Origin: Verrucomicrobiota bacterium
Lineage (GTDB): Bacteria > Verrucomicrobiota > Verrucomicrobiia > Limisphaerales > JAHEOI01
NCBI GenBank assembly: GCA_018610125.1
Contig: JAHEOI010000372.1
Span: 1-49,381 of the forward strand
Length of the DNA stretch: 49,381 nucleotides
Reading direction: 5' to 3'
In this document: piece after piece, positions 9,239 through 17,921 of the stretch
How the letters are laid out: each line of letters begins with the position of its first letter
Numbering within the stretch: position 1 is the stretch's first letter
Program-made: the position numbers and the translations under genes
The notes under the pieces: generated by a model
The model's database searches: none
Seen by the model: the letters and a program-made list of their open reading frames with translations, nothing else
What the model was told of the DNA's origin: nothing

Positions 9239-9289
9239 GTCTTCATCCGGCCGGCTCACGTCGGCGAGCCGTATCAGGCATTACCGTTT

Positions 9290-10324
9290 ATGTCGTTTCT
9301 TGACCAGATTGACCCGGTGAAAGAGGAAGCCCGCGAGGCCTTGGAGGCAGCCAAAGATCTCAAGGCGCTTGAAGAGGCGCGTGTCGGCTACCTGGGGTCG
9401 CGAGGTCGCTTTACGGCACTTCTGAAACAGCTCGGCTCCCTTTCCAAAGAGGAGCGCCCCGAAGCAGGCAAGCGGATCAATCAAGCCAAGACGGAACTGG
9501 AAAACCTGCTTAGCGAGCGCAAGGCGCAACTTGAAGAGCAGGCGGCCCTTCCTCAGGAACCGACCGATTTCACGCTCCCGGGCCGGCGGCGCGCCCTCGG
9601 GAAATTGCATCCGTTAACTCAGGTCACCGATCATATTGTCAAAAGCTTTCGACGTCTCGGCTTTGTCGTCGCAGACGGTCCTGAAATTGAGGATGAATAT
9701 CACTGCTTCGACGCATTGAACACCCCGCCGGACCATCCGGCACGAGATACCCAAGACACTTTCTATCTCGATCCGCAACAGCAAACGACCGATGCCCGGA
9801 ACGGCCCGTTCTCACGGCTGCTGCGAACGCATACCTCGTCGGTCCAGATTCGGGTTATGGAGCAGCAGCGCCCGCCCATCCGAATTATTGTCCCGGGCCG
9901 GGTTTATCGACGCGACACCGCAGACGCGACGCACAATCCGACGTTTCAGCAGATAGAAGGGCTGTATGTCGACCGCAACGTGACGGTAAGCGATCTCAAA
10001 GGGACGGTGACATCGGTTTTTCGCGAGGTCTTGGGGAAAGAAGTCCAGCTCCGATTCCGTCCTCACTATTTCTCCTACACCGAGCCGAGCTTTGAGATCG
10101 ACTTTTCGAGTCCCCTTGTTCGGAAAATGGGCAAGGAATGGCTGGAAATTGCCGGCTGCGGCATGGTGCATCCGCAAGTGTTTGAGAACGTCGGTTATGA
10201 TCCCGAGGAATGGACCGGTTGGGCATTCGGCTTCGGGATCGAGCGGATTGCGATGATTCGTTACGGGATCAATGATATTCGGTTATTTTACGAGAATGAT
10301 CTCCGATTCCTGCGGCAATTTTGA
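9290..10324 (+). CDS. pheS: Phenylalanine--tRNA ligase alpha subunit
   Basis: Class II aaRS motifs (HPARDTQDTFY, LLRTHTSSVQIR, GRVYRRD, FGFGIERIAMIRYGI); 344 aa; followed by pheT. Confidence 0.97.
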   Translation: MSFLDQIDPVKEEAREALEAAKDLKALEEARVGYLGSRGRFTALLKQLGSLSKEERPEAGKRINQAKTELENLLSERKAQLEEQAALPQEPTDFTLPGRRRALGKLHPLTQVTDHIVKSFRRLGFVVADGPEIEDEYHCFDALNTPPDHPARDTQDTFYLDPQQQTTDARNGPFSRLLRTHTSSVQIRVMEQQRPPIRIIVPGRVYRRDTADATHNPTFQQIEGLYVDRNVTVSDLKGTVTSVFREVLGKEVQLRFRPHYFSYTEPSFEIDFSSPLVRKMGKEWLEIAGCGMVHPQVFENVGYDPEEWTGWAFGFGIERIAMIRYGINDIRLFYENDLRFLRQF

Positions 10325-10331
10325 GTGAAGC

Positions 10332-12791
10332 ATGAAGGTCACACGCAACTGGTTAAGGCAATACGTCGATATCGACGAGCCTGCTTCGACGATCGCGGAG
10401 CAGCTCTCGATGCTGGGCCTGGAAGTCGAAGGCGTTGAAGAGCGGCCTGACCCACTGGCCGGGGTGGTGGTTGCGCGGATCTTAGCCAGTGAGAAGCATC
10501 CGAATGCGGATCGTTTGTCGGTTTGCCGTGTCACTGACGGTCAGGAAGAGCGGCAAATCGTTTGCGGGGCCTCGAATTTTCAAACGAATGACAAGGTCCC
10601 GTTGGCCCTCCCGGGCACAAGCCTTAAGCCCTCCCCGGACGAGGAGCCGATCACCATCAAAAAGAGCAAGCTCCGAGGCGTGCAGTCGGAAGGCATGCTT
10701 TGTTCCGCGACCGAGCTTGGCACCGGCGAAGACAGCTCAGGCCTCATGATCCTCCCGACTGACGCCCCGGTCGGTGATCCTCTTTCAGACTATTTGGGTC
10801 GTCCAAAAGAGGATGTCCTGTTTGACCTGGAGATCACCCCGAACCGACCGGACCTCAATAGTGTGATCGGCATCGCAAGGGAGCTCCATGCCAAATCGAA
10901 CCGCGCCTTTCACGTGCCCGATCCGGAGCTGCCGACCGATAAGGCAAACGGCGACGGCGCGAGTCGGCCAATCGACCGATGGGTCAATGTCAGGTTGGAA
11001 GCCCCCGACCTTTGCCCTCGTTACACAGCCCGTGTCATCCGCGACGTCCAAGTCGGCCAGAGCCCGGATTGGCTCCGCTACGCCCTGGAACAAGTCGGTA
11101 TTCGCAGTATCAACAACATCGTGGACGTGACCAATTACGTCATGCTCGAGATCGGTCAGCCGCTCCATGCCTTTGACTACGATGCCTTGTTCACCCCGGA
11201 AAAGAGTCAGGCGACATCCCCTTCGATCGTTGTGCGACAGGCCACCTCCGGAGAGCAGTTCGTGACGCTTGACGGAGAAAAGCGCGATTTGTCCCCTGAA
11301 ACCTTGCTGATTGCGGACGAAACAAAGGGTCTGGCCCTGGCCGGGGTCATGGGCGGTGCGAACAGCGAGATTAATGCCGATACGACGAATATCCTGTTGG
11401 AGAGCGCCTACTTCAAGCCGCAAAACATCCGGGCCACCGCCAAGCGTCTTGGTTTGCAGACCGATGCCTCCTATCGTTTCGAGCGAGGCGCTGATATCGA
11501 AATCTGCGATTGGGCGAGTCGGCGTGCGGCATCACTGATCCTTCAAACGGCCGGCGGACAATTGGTTGACGGACTTGCCGATGCCTACCCTGTCCCTCAT
11601 GAGCCAAAAGAGATCACGCTGCGCCACAATAAGGTCGCAGGCGTGCTCGGATTGGAAATCCCGGCAACGGCACAAACCGACTATCTGCATCGACTCGGTC
11701 TGGAGGCAATTGGACAACAAGAGGCAGACACAACCCGATTTCGAATTCCCTCCTTCCGTGTCGATCTCAAGCGCGAAATCGATTTAATCGAAGAAGTCGC
11801 GCGCATCCATGGCGTCGAGCGGATTCCGACCACGACGCCCCGCGGGGTCCTCGGGGAGCATCCGTTCGATTCGACGTATGATGAGCTCGCCGAAATTCGC
11901 CATCTTTTGACCGGCTTGGGGATAAATGAAGCGCAAGGACAAACGCTGATCTCAGAGAGTAACGTCAGATCGGGGGGAATAGCTTCCCCGATTCGGTTGG
12001 AATATCCCCTTAGCAGCGACATGAACGTGCTGCGTCCCAGCCTGATACCGGGGCTCCTCGATTCCCTGCAGCACAATTTGGCCCATAAGAACCATGATGT
12101 GGCTCTCTTCGAAATCGGGCGCGTCTTTCCATCGTCGGACAACCCTTCCCACGAGGAGCTCCGACTGGCCATTACGCTGACCGGGGCACGCTACCCCACT
12201 TTTTGGAGCGGTCCCGAGCGAGGGGTCAAGATGGATATCTATGATTTGAAGGGGATTATCGAGGAAATGGGCGACCAGTTTGGCGTGCCTTCCTTCCGCT
12301 ATATTCGATCCCCGGAGAATCAGACATTGTATCTTGAGTCGGCATCCCTTTGCTTGGGAGATACCCAGCTTGGGGAGATCGGACAGCTCCGTCCGCAACT
12401 GGCAAAGGCCTATGATCTCCGAGATCCCGTCCTTGTTGCCGAGCTCAACCTGGACACATTGCTCGCCCACCGGAACCGGATGGCGGCGTTTCAACCGCTT
12501 CCGACCTATCCCGACATCCGGCGTGATATCGCATTGGTGCTCCCGGAAGCCACCCTGCATGAAACGGTCGTCAACGCTATCAGAGACGCCCAACCGCCTC
12601 ATCTGGAGCGCATCGAGCTCTTTGATCTTTATCGAGGTGAGAACGTCGCCGAGGGCTACAAAAGCATGGCGTATGAGCTGACCTATCGGCATCCGAGCCG
12701 GACCCTGACCGATAACGAGGTCAACGCCACTCAGGAGCAGCTCTTGCAGCACCTCCGAAGTGAGCTGGGAGCAACGATTCGAGATAGTTAG
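10332..12791 (+). CDS. pheT: Phenylalanine--tRNA ligase beta subunit
   Basis: N-terminal tRNA-binding domain (HPNADRLSVCRV...VCGASNF), B3/4 and B5 domains and C-terminal FDX-ACB domain; 819 aa. Confidence 0.97.
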   Translation: MKVTRNWLRQYVDIDEPASTIAEQLSMLGLEVEGVEERPDPLAGVVVARILASEKHPNADRLSVCRVTDGQEERQIVCGASNFQTNDKVPLALPGTSLKPSPDEEPITIKKSKLRGVQSEGMLCSATELGTGEDSSGLMILPTDAPVGDPLSDYLGRPKEDVLFDLEITPNRPDLNSVIGIARELHAKSNRAFHVPDPELPTDKANGDGASRPIDRWVNVRLEAPDLCPRYTARVIRDVQVGQSPDWLRYALEQVGIRSINNIVDVTNYVMLEIGQPLHAFDYDALFTPEKSQATSPSIVVRQATSGEQFVTLDGEKRDLSPETLLIADETKGLALAGVMGGANSEINADTTNILLESAYFKPQNIRATAKRLGLQTDASYRFERGADIEICDWASRRAASLILQTAGGQLVDGLADAYPVPHEPKEITLRHNKVAGVLGLEIPATAQTDYLHRLGLEAIGQQEADTTRFRIPSFRVDLKREIDLIEEVARIHGVERIPTTTPRGVLGEHPFDSTYDELAEIRHLLTGLGINEAQGQTLISESNVRSGGIASPIRLEYPLSSDMNVLRPSLIPGLLDSLQHNLAHKNHDVALFEIGRVFPSSDNPSHEELRLAITLTGARYPTFWSGPERGVKMDIYDLKGIIEEMGDQFGVPSFRYIRSPENQTLYLESASLCLGDTQLGEIGQLRPQLAKAYDLRDPVLVAELNLDTLLAHRNRMAAFQPLPTYPDIRRDIALVLPEATLHETVVNAIRDAQPPHLERIELFDLYRGENVAEGYKSMAYELTYRHPSRTLTDNEVNATQEQLLQHLRSELGATIRDS

Positions 12792-12811
12792 AGGGCTGGA
12801 ACGGGAAAGAG

Positions 12812-12882
12812 CGGACTGCAGTGGAATGCACCCTACCGTAACAGCGGTGGTCGGCAGTCCCTCGGCCCACTGATCGCGTGCC
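12812..12882. repeat. Interspersed repeat family 2 (about 70-80 nt, core ...GCAGYGGARTGC..CCCTACCGYAACAGCGGTGG..CGGCAGTCCC...)
   Basis: Aligns over roughly 70 nt with the reverse complement of 43192-43274. Partial copies occur at 16705-16735 and 45075-45109. Confidence 0.6.
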
Positions 12883-12940
12883 AGCCCCTTGGATTCCTTC
12901 AGATCTCGAACCGGAAGCCTTTATCCGTTAAGCTGACAAA

Positions 12941-13375
12941 ATGAAGCTATTATTTCGTGTCGGCTCGTTTTTTCAAAGGCTGAGCCGCAAGAATATTGAA
13001 GCGCTCAAGGATCTCCAAAGGCGGGCCGAGCGCGGCGAGCCGGACGCCCAAGTGGAGTGGGGAGAAAAGCATTACGAAGGCATCGAGGGCTTTGCGCGAA
13101 ATGTTCCCGAAGCGGCCAAGTGGTTCCGCAAAGCGGCGGAGCAAGGACACCCAAAGGCCCAAATGAACCTCGGCATGATGTATTTCCTGGGACGCGGGGT
13201 CCGCCAAGATCGAGCAGAGGCCTACAAATGGATCCAGCTCGCCGCGGAGCAGCACCACAAGCAAGCCGAGAAGACCCTTGGGACGCTCACTAAGAAATTG
13301 AGCGGCTCAGAGATCGAAGCCGGCAAGGAGCGAGTCGCGACGTTCAATCCGGTCCGCACCCACTACGACTCTTAG
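12941..13375 (+). CDS. Sel1-repeat (TPR-like) protein
   Basis: Two or three Sel1 units: AAKWFRKAAEQGHPKAQMNLGMMYFLGRGVRQDRAEAYKWIQLAAEQ. Confidence 0.75.
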   Translation: MKLLFRVGSFFQRLSRKNIEALKDLQRRAERGEPDAQVEWGEKHYEGIEGFARNVPEAAKWFRKAAEQGHPKAQMNLGMMYFLGRGVRQDRAEAYKWIQLAAEQHHKQAEKTLGTLTKKLSGSEIEAGKERVATFNPVRTHYDS

Positions 13376-13433
13376 GGTTGGAAAGGATTATCGATCGTTG
13401 CCAAGGTTCCTGCACAATCAAGCGGAGGGAATG

Positions 13434-13460
13434 AAGCGGCTGACAACCGCTTTTACTTTG
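13434..13460 (+). terminator. Terminator-like hairpin after the Sel1 gene
   Basis: AAGCGG-ctgacaa-CCGCTT followed by TTACTTTG. Confidence 0.5.
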
Positions 13461-13553
13461 ATTGTCCATGCCGACCGATTTTCGGGAAGTCGTCCGCGTC
13501 AGGCCCCTGCCCTTGAGTGACACACTCTCCCTCCCCTTGCCGTCATTCAGGCC

Positions 13554-13682
13554 TCAATCACCGCTGCAGTTCTCCAAGATATGACCGCAGCGGCGACAGA
13601 CCCGTTTGCACTTAATTTCGACAATGTCTTCGCTACCACAAACGTAGCAGACCTCAATCTCTTGAGAATCGCCCGATGTCAT
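13554..13682 (-). CDS. 42-aa Cys-rich (zinc-ribbon-like) micro-protein, translationally coupled to the upstream sigma-like gene
   Basis: My own translation is MTSGDSQEIEVCYVCGSEDIVEIKCKRVCRRCGHILENCSGD. It has CxxC and CxxC pairs 13 residues apart plus two further Cys. Its ATG (13682-13680) overlaps the TGA (13681-13679) of the upstream gene as ATGA. It is below the 60-aa cut-off of the ORF track. Confidence 0.45.
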   Translation of the reverse strand: MTSGDSQEIEVCYVCGSEDIVEIKCKRVCRRCGHILENCSGD

Positions 13683-14758
13683 GCTTCAGCCGACGCATGC
13701 GTGGCGAATTGCTGCAAGTGCTTTTTGATGTCGCTTATCTTGCGCGACACCTCCCGAGACTCGCGGCCCTCGAGCACGGCAACTTCTTCCGCCCCGAAGC
13801 CTTCCAGGAAATGCAGCTCGAAAACGGCCCTGCCGAGCTCCGACCAGCTCTGTGCCACCGATTTCATGAGGCCCAGGAACTCGCCACGCGAAACCAACGC
13901 ATCGATCGGTGACGAAAGCGACCATTCATCCCCTGGAAGCCATTCTCCGATCAACAAGCGTTCCGGCTCAAAATTTATGCCGCGGAGCACCGCCTTCTTT
14001 TCCTCATCGTCATAGGGCTCACCGGAGCTTTCGCTATTTCCGATGCCGGATGAGCTTGACTCGCTGTTGCTGCGCTCCTTTGCTGATGCCGCCTTGCCTT
14101 CGAATTGGGCGATCCGTTTTTTCAAATCGTGCCGTAAGATTGCGTAAAACCAGAGGCGATAATTTTGTTCGGGCGGTTTTTGGTCCGCCGTCAGAAAGAC
14201 CTGCTTGGCTACTTCGTCGGTGACCATCCGCGGATCGATCGCATTCCGGGGAATCTCACCCAAAAGCTCCGCTCGCCATAGCTGCCGCCATGCATACCGT
14301 ACGAGGCGGGAATAATGTTGTTGAAACATCTCACTGACAACCTCCGGAAGCGATTGCGACTCCCGCGAGCGCGCCTGGGGCCGTGCGGCAAATTGGGTCG
14401 GCTCTTCCCGTCCGATCGTTTCCTCACGCTGTCGTCGGTTCCATTGGTCCTCTTTCCGTAAAGATGCCTTTAAGTGCTCCAACTCCCGCAGCAATGCCTT
14501 GACGGCCTCATCGAAGGCCGGCATTGGGTCGTCTTCTGTTTTATCGGAGTGCAGGGTATTGGAGGGGAGTCGAAGCGTCAGCGAGGCCGTATAGAGCGGC
14601 TTTTTCGGATTCTTTTCCAGATGGGTATGCAGATGAATCGCGTCCGGTGGAAAGCGTTGTAAATGTTTTTCGAGCTTACTGATTTTCTCTCGCAGCTTCT
14701 CTTCAAGCTGAGCATAACGCTCAACATTTTTTGTGACCAAATCCCAGGTAAACGTCAT
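13679..14758 (-). CDS. Fusion protein: N-terminal HPF/RaiA (ribosomal S30EA / sigma-54 modulation) -like domain plus C-terminal ECF-like sigma-70 regions 2 and 4
   Basis: The N-terminus ISKLEKHLQRFPPDAIHLHTHLEKNPKKPLYTASLTLRLPSNTLHSDKTEDDPMPAFDEAVKALLRELEHLKASLRK follows the HPF/YfiA pattern. Region-2-like: FQQHYSRLVRYAWRQL...VTDEVAKQVFL...WFYAILRHDLKKRI. Region-4-like: LGRAVFELHFLEGFGAEEVAVLEGRESREVSRKISDIKKHLQQF. Start taken at ATG 14758 (MTFTWDL). Confidence 0.7.
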   Translation of the reverse strand: MTFTWDLVTKNVERYAQLEEKLREKISKLEKHLQRFPPDAIHLHTHLEKNPKKPLYTASLTLRLPSNTLHSDKTEDDPMPAFDEAVKALLRELEHLKASLRKEDQWNRRQREETIGREEPTQFAARPQARSRESQSLPEVVSEMFQQHYSRLVRYAWRQLWRAELLGEIPRNAIDPRMVTDEVAKQVFLTADQKPPEQNYRLWFYAILRHDLKKRIAQFEGKAASAKERSNSESSSSGIGNSESSGEPYDDEEKKAVLRGINFEPERLLIGEWLPGDEWSLSSPIDALVSRGEFLGLMKSVAQSWSELGRAVFELHFLEGFGAEEVAVLEGRESREVSRKISDIKKHLQQFATHASAEA

Positions 14759-14783
14759 AGCTACCTCCCTCTTGTAACAAGGG

Positions 14784-14811
14784 AGAGGGAGGGCGTGACA
14801 GCCCTCCCTCT
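14784..14811 (-). terminator. Strong hairpin downstream of htrA (possible terminator; no clear U tract)
   Basis: AGAGGGAGGGC-gtgaca-GCCCTCCCTCT, an 11-bp perfect stem located 29 nt after the htrA stop. Confidence 0.45.
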
Positions 14812-14839
14812 GATTCAACTCCTCATTTCCGTTTTGATT

Positions 14840-16318
14840 CTAACCATTTCTTCCCGCATTGACCACCAGGATCTTATACGCACCTCGGCTCCAAACACGG
14901 AGTAATACTCGATCTCCCTCGATCTGCTGTGTCAGCTTCATCGCTTCCTCGGCGCTGCCGACCTTTTCACGATTGATGGTCAGGATCACGTCGCCCGGTC
15001 GCAAACCGGCCTCACGGGCGGGCGAATCGGCTTCAACATCACGCACGAGAGCGCCTTCGATATCGGACGGGATATTAAACTGCTCCCGCCACTGACGGGT
15101 GATGTCGGTCACCGCAACACCGGTAAGCACCTTGCTCTCTTGATCGCCACCACCCTGGCGTTGCCGTTGCATCTGCGCGATATTATCCGGACGGCGGGTG
15201 AGGTCGACCGTCAGCTTCTTTTGAGCCTCGTCGCGAATAACAGTCACCGTCGCTTCCGAGGTCGGAGGCGTTTGCGCCACGAGCAACCGGAGGTGCCGGC
15301 TATCCTCAACCGGCTTCCCATTGAACTTGATAATCACATCCTCCTCTTTAAGGCCGGCCTTTGCTGCGGGCGTATCCGGTACGACCCGGCTTACCAAGGC
15401 ACCCTCCTGGCTCTCGAGCCCATAATATTTCACATGCTCCGGCTCGAGATCCTGCGGAAAAACACCGAGATAGCCACGCTTGACTTCTCCGTGCTCAATG
15501 ATCTGCTTCATGACATTGCGAGCCATGTCGATCGGCACGGAAAATCCGACGCCTTGACTCCCCCCGCTTTGGCTCAAGATGAAGGTGTTGATCCCGATCA
15601 ATCTGCCTTTGATGTCAACAAGCGCTCCACCCGAGTTGCCGGGATTAATGGCGGCGTCTGTCTGGATGAAGTTCTCGTAGGCGGCAATCCGTTGCCTGAA
15701 TCCGCGGCCGATGGCACTGACCATTCCCATGGTGGCTGTCTGTCCAAGCCCGAACGGATTCCCGATTGCCAGTACGAGGTCGCCCTTCTTCACCTGGTCA
15801 CTATCAGTAATGGTGATTGCCGGCAGGTTGGAGGCATCGATCTTGATAACAGCCAGATCAGTCGCCGGGTCGCCGCCGACCACTTCCGCCGTGTACTGCT
15901 TTTCCTCCTCAGCCAACGTGACCTCAATCTCATCGGCGTTTTGGACGACATGGTTGTTCGTCAAGATGTAACCGTCCTTGGTGACGATCACTCCCGAGCC
16001 CAAGCTCGATCGTTTTCGCTGCTCCGGTATGTCACCGAATTGGTCCCCAAAGAATCGCCGAAACTTCTCCATCAAAGGCGAGCGCTCCATTTTTTTGGTG
16101 CTCGAGATATTGACGACGCTCTTTGAGGCTTTCTCCACAATAGGGGCAAACGAGTTTGCCCTCGTCGAGCGGTCAATCGGCTCATTGTTAATCTTAAAAT
16201 TGGGGGCCGCCCCTTCGATACTGACCGGCCACGGCGATACGATACCGAGACTGGCAAGCACCAGCGCGCCTACCGCCATTGACCCAAAATACCTCGAGGC
16301 TATCTGCTTCATTCTCAT
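14840..16318 (-). CDS. htrA: HtrA/DegP/DegQ-family periplasmic serine endoprotease with two PDZ domains
   Basis: Trypsin-like triad context (TNNHVV, DLAVIKI, GNSGGALV) and two PDZ segments. Start placed at ATG 16318 (MRMKQIASRYF, signal-like). Confidence 0.92.
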   Translation of the reverse strand: MRMKQIASRYFGSMAVGALVLASLGIVSPWPVSIEGAAPNFKINNEPIDRSTRANSFAPIVEKASKSVVNISSTKKMERSPLMEKFRRFFGDQFGDIPEQRKRSSLGSGVIVTKDGYILTNNHVVQNADEIEVTLAEEEKQYTAEVVGGDPATDLAVIKIDASNLPAITITDSDQVKKGDLVLAIGNPFGLGQTATMGMVSAIGRGFRQRIAAYENFIQTDAAINPGNSGGALVDIKGRLIGINTFILSQSGGSQGVGFSVPIDMARNVMKQIIEHGEVKRGYLGVFPQDLEPEHVKYYGLESQEGALVSRVVPDTPAAKAGLKEEDVIIKFNGKPVEDSRHLRLLVAQTPPTSEATVTVIRDEAQKKLTVDLTRRPDNIAQMQRQRQGGGDQESKVLTGVAVTDITRQWREQFNIPSDIEGALVRDVEADSPAREAGLRPGDVILTINREKVGSAEEAMKLTQQIEGDRVLLRVWSRGAYKILVVNAGRNG

Positions 16319-16704
16319 ACATTGCTCCTTTCGATTCCTTAACCAATGCCGGACTGCCGTTCGCACGCCCGACCGTTTCTTCCTTAATGCTTATCACGCT
16401 CAAAACCGTCACTCGGTTACCGCTTTGAGCGTTCGTCTGCTTTGACAATGGACCCAACCTCTCTATTCAATCAAAAGAAGTGCCCACTCCCTCTAAATCG
16501 TATCAATCCCCATACCAACTCACGAGAACAGCTTCATCTCGCACTCGGATTTGGCTATAACCTCCAGTCCAGGCAGGACTTACGTCTCAAATCAATCTCG
16601 CCGCCGACCCAACCAACCGCCGTCACCACAGCGTGCCACGGCCGGCGATGCGCCAAAACGGCACACCTAAGAGTCATTGTGACGCGTTCATCTTTTTGGA
16701 AAAA

Positions 16705-16735
16705 CGGCCGCAGCGGAGTGCGGGTGTCCCCTCCG
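16705..16735. repeat. Partial copy of repeat family 2 (CGGCCGCAGCGGAGTGCGGGTGTCCCCTCCG)
   Basis: Shares the GCAGCGGAGTGC core with 45081-45092 and with the reverse complement of 43254-43267. Confidence 0.4.
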
Positions 16736-16779
16736 TCGACCTTGCCCCCAATCCTTGGCGGGTGTGAAACGACGCCTCG

Positions 16780-17868
16780 CTAGCCACGATCCCTGAGTAT
16801 GTCATCAAAGGTGCGGACTGAGAGGCTAATCCCGGAGAAGTTGCAGAGATTGACCAACGCGCGGAGGGCGACCCCGATACCGTCGGGCCCCGAAAAGCCC
16901 CCAAACTGCCCGCCACCCCGAACGTGCGGCTCGAGCTCGAGGAAGAACCCGGGCAAGTTAAGGGAGTTCATTTTCTCATTCAGTGGCCCCAAGGTCCGCC
17001 GAAGGAGATGAAAGATTTCCCCATGGCCTGAATGCCCGATATCGCATGGGACAAAATGCTTCAGCAGGTCCTCTTCGATATGGCCGCCGACCGTTTCCGG
17101 GACCGGGCCGTTGTAGTCTTTGATGTGAAACCAAATCAAATGCGGCAGGACGGCCGCGAACTGGTCAAGAATGGCATGGATGTCATACCCCAAAGTCCGC
17201 ATGTTACCGGCGTCGAAGACGATGCCCAAGGCCGGGTTATTGATCTTCTCAGTCACCTGTTTCAGCGTATGCCCATCGGGCGCGATGAGGTTGGCCTCGG
17301 TTTCAACTCCGGTAATCAAGTCATACCTTCGAGCAAGCTCCACGATCTGGCTTAACGCATCGACCGAAGCTTGAAGCCAGTCGGAGCGCTTTTGATTGTC
17401 CGGGGCGTAAAACGGAAAGATGCGATAGAGCTTCGAATTCAGGCGATTGGCAATCTCAAAGCAGCGCTCGCAATATTGCAGGTATTCGTCGAATGTCGCT
17501 TCCTTAACCTCACCCCCTTGGCGCATGAGGACGTTCGTCGCATTGCCCGAAAACTTCACCTTGCCGATCCGTCCTCCGACACTGGTCGTGCTTAGCCCAT
17601 AATCTTTCTGGATTTTGAAGATTCGATCCACCTCGTCGTTGGTTAAGTCCTCGACATGCCGGGGCTTGGCATTGGGATCCGAATCCAAGTTGAAAAATCG
17701 GACACTGCAGTAACGAAAGCCGGCGGTAGCAAGACCGGAAAACACCGTCTCCGGCTGTTTTGAATGCTCGTCGGCAAAGACGCTGGCCAGCGCCACGGGG
17801 TTGGAAATCGGATTCAAGCATCTCTCCGGGCTTTCAAGCCACTCCGTCCATGTATCGATCATCGTCAT
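16780..17868 (-). CDS. Sugar phosphate isomerase/epimerase (xylose isomerase-like TIM barrel) family protein
   Basis: Pattern of AP_endonuc_2/TIM-barrel proteins (ITGVETEANL, GIVFDAGNM, HIKDY...); 362 aa. Confidence 0.72.
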   Translation of the reverse strand: MTMIDTWTEWLESPERCLNPISNPVALASVFADEHSKQPETVFSGLATAGFRYCSVRFFNLDSDPNAKPRHVEDLTNDEVDRIFKIQKDYGLSTTSVGGRIGKVKFSGNATNVLMRQGGEVKEATFDEYLQYCERCFEIANRLNSKLYRIFPFYAPDNQKRSDWLQASVDALSQIVELARRYDLITGVETEANLIAPDGHTLKQVTEKINNPALGIVFDAGNMRTLGYDIHAILDQFAAVLPHLIWFHIKDYNGPVPETVGGHIEEDLLKHFVPCDIGHSGHGEIFHLLRRTLGPLNEKMNSLNLPGFFLELEPHVRGGGQFGGFSGPDGIGVALRALVNLCNFSGISLSVRTFDDILRDRG

Positions 17869-17921
17869 ATACGAGCGATCTTACGGAGAGCCCGGTCGGT
17901 GATTCAAATCCAAAAACAGGC

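Noticed and set aside
9130-9289. T-box or Phe-rich leader peptide controlling pheST.
   Set aside because: There is no T-box sequence or specifier-loop architecture and no short ORF with consecutive Phe codons. Only terminator-like hairpins are supportable.
10785-12752. Minus-strand ORFs of 212, 163 and 266 aa inside pheT.
   Set aside because: They are shadow ORFs of the unambiguous pheT coding frame.
15140-16126. 328-aa plus-strand ORF.
   Set aside because: It is antisense to htrA and shows no family resemblance.
16442-16783. 113-aa ORF in the 400-bp gap upstream of htrA.
   Set aside because: It has a TTG-type start, a Pro/Ser/Thr/Arg-rich low-information sequence, and contains a repeat-family-2 fragment. 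It is more likely promoter/UTR DNA. I could not identify an RNA gene there either.
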